64,000 bases of DNA. Origin: an uncultured Rikenellaceae bacterium. GTDB taxonomy: Bacteria; Bacteroidota; Bacteroidia; Bacteroidales; VadinHA17. This document shows positions 63,615-64,000 of the stretch, piece by piece; positions within the stretch are counted from its first letter, which is position 1, and every line of letters begins with the position of its first letter. The stretch is from assembly GCA_963802145.1 (NCBI GenBank), contig CAWDHN010000010.1:844230-908229 (forward strand), given 5' to 3'. A program made the translations under genes and the position numbers. A model generated the notes under the pieces. That model did not search any database. It was not told where the DNA came from and worked only from the letters and a program-made list of their open reading frames with translations.

Positions 63615-64000
63615 AATGGCCGTTGAATATTTATGCAAGGCATGCAGGGGACACCTTAACGTCAAAAGCTCCATAGTTCTCTCTGCCACAAAGATCAACA
63701 GTACAAAGAGAGGGCTGGTCCTTCTGAACCCGGAACTCGGCAATTATACAAAAACGACCCACCCGTCGTTCGAACTGGAGAAAGGATCCGAGTACCTGAT
63801 CAACTGCCCTATCTGCCACTCACAGCTGAACAGCATGAAGTATCCTCACCTGGTCAGGATTATCATGATTGATGAGAACGGAAAGGAGTTTGACATCTAT
63901 TTCTCGGGAATCGTCGGCGAAAACTGTACCTACAAGATCAGTGAGACCGGAGTGGAAAAGGCCGGTCCCGACACAAGACTCTACGATAAATATTTTGACA
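63615..64000 (+). CDS. hypothetical zinc-ribbon-like protein (two CxxC pairs), runs off the right edge
   Basis: This ORF is absent from the ORF track because it is open at the window edge. The ATG at 63615 starts immediately after the hycI stop and follows AAAGGAGGT. Translation reads MAVEYLCKACRGHL...LINCPICHSQL... with no stop for 128 codons. Confidence 0.55.

Overview
This 64 kb window is chromosomal bacterial DNA. It is gene-dense, with about 60 genes and one tRNA. I found no rRNA, CRISPR array, transposase, integrase or prophage genes. Several signals point to an anaerobic member of the Bacteroidota, which is an inference: a T9SS C-terminal sorting domain, TAnnTTTG -7 promoter boxes, mostly Shine-Dalgarno-less starts, and TPR/PD40 envelope proteins.

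The left ~40 kb is housekeeping, envelope and transport. It carries recR, an aminotransferase, glycosyltransferases, three tandem TPR/beta-propeller paralogs, rlmN, a cation-chloride-cotransporter-like permease, dcp, rsgA, tRNA-Ser(CGA), an S41 peptidase and copA. It also holds a thioredoxin/TrxB/OsmC/Crp redox cluster, a GH2 hydrolase, an SNF2 helicase, and AGCS and NSS sodium symporters.

The right ~23 kb (40.7-64 kb) is a hydrogen-metabolism island built around a rex gene.
- On the minus strand the order is rex-hypF-hypC-hypD-hypE-hypA-hypB-hydC-hydB-hydA. These are [NiFe] maturation genes followed by a trimeric NuoE/NuoF-type [FeFe] hydrogenase.
- On the plus strand there is a divergent operon of 18-19 genes. 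It combines an AsrAB/HyhBG-type FAD/NAD(P)-FeS pair, a stand-alone cNMP-binding protein, a HycB-like ferredoxin, a group-4 [NiFe] hydrogenase core (NuoH/B/C/D/I-like) and a complete Mrp antiporter set (MrpA split, then B-G). It ends with a HycI-type protease.
- Rex-operator-like palindromes sit at both divergent starts.

Other notable points:
- Three genes (hypF, a YciI-like gene and a GNAT gene) are broken by single-base insertions in homopolymers.
- The HydA H-cluster motif reads TSCSPGW instead of TSCCPGW.
- A family of heptanucleotide tandem repeats occurs at four intergenic sites.
- A secreted Gly-rich protein is bracketed by a duplicated DANNDGVCDN loop.

All functional calls come from motif recognition by eye. 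No database search, HMM or folding program was run.
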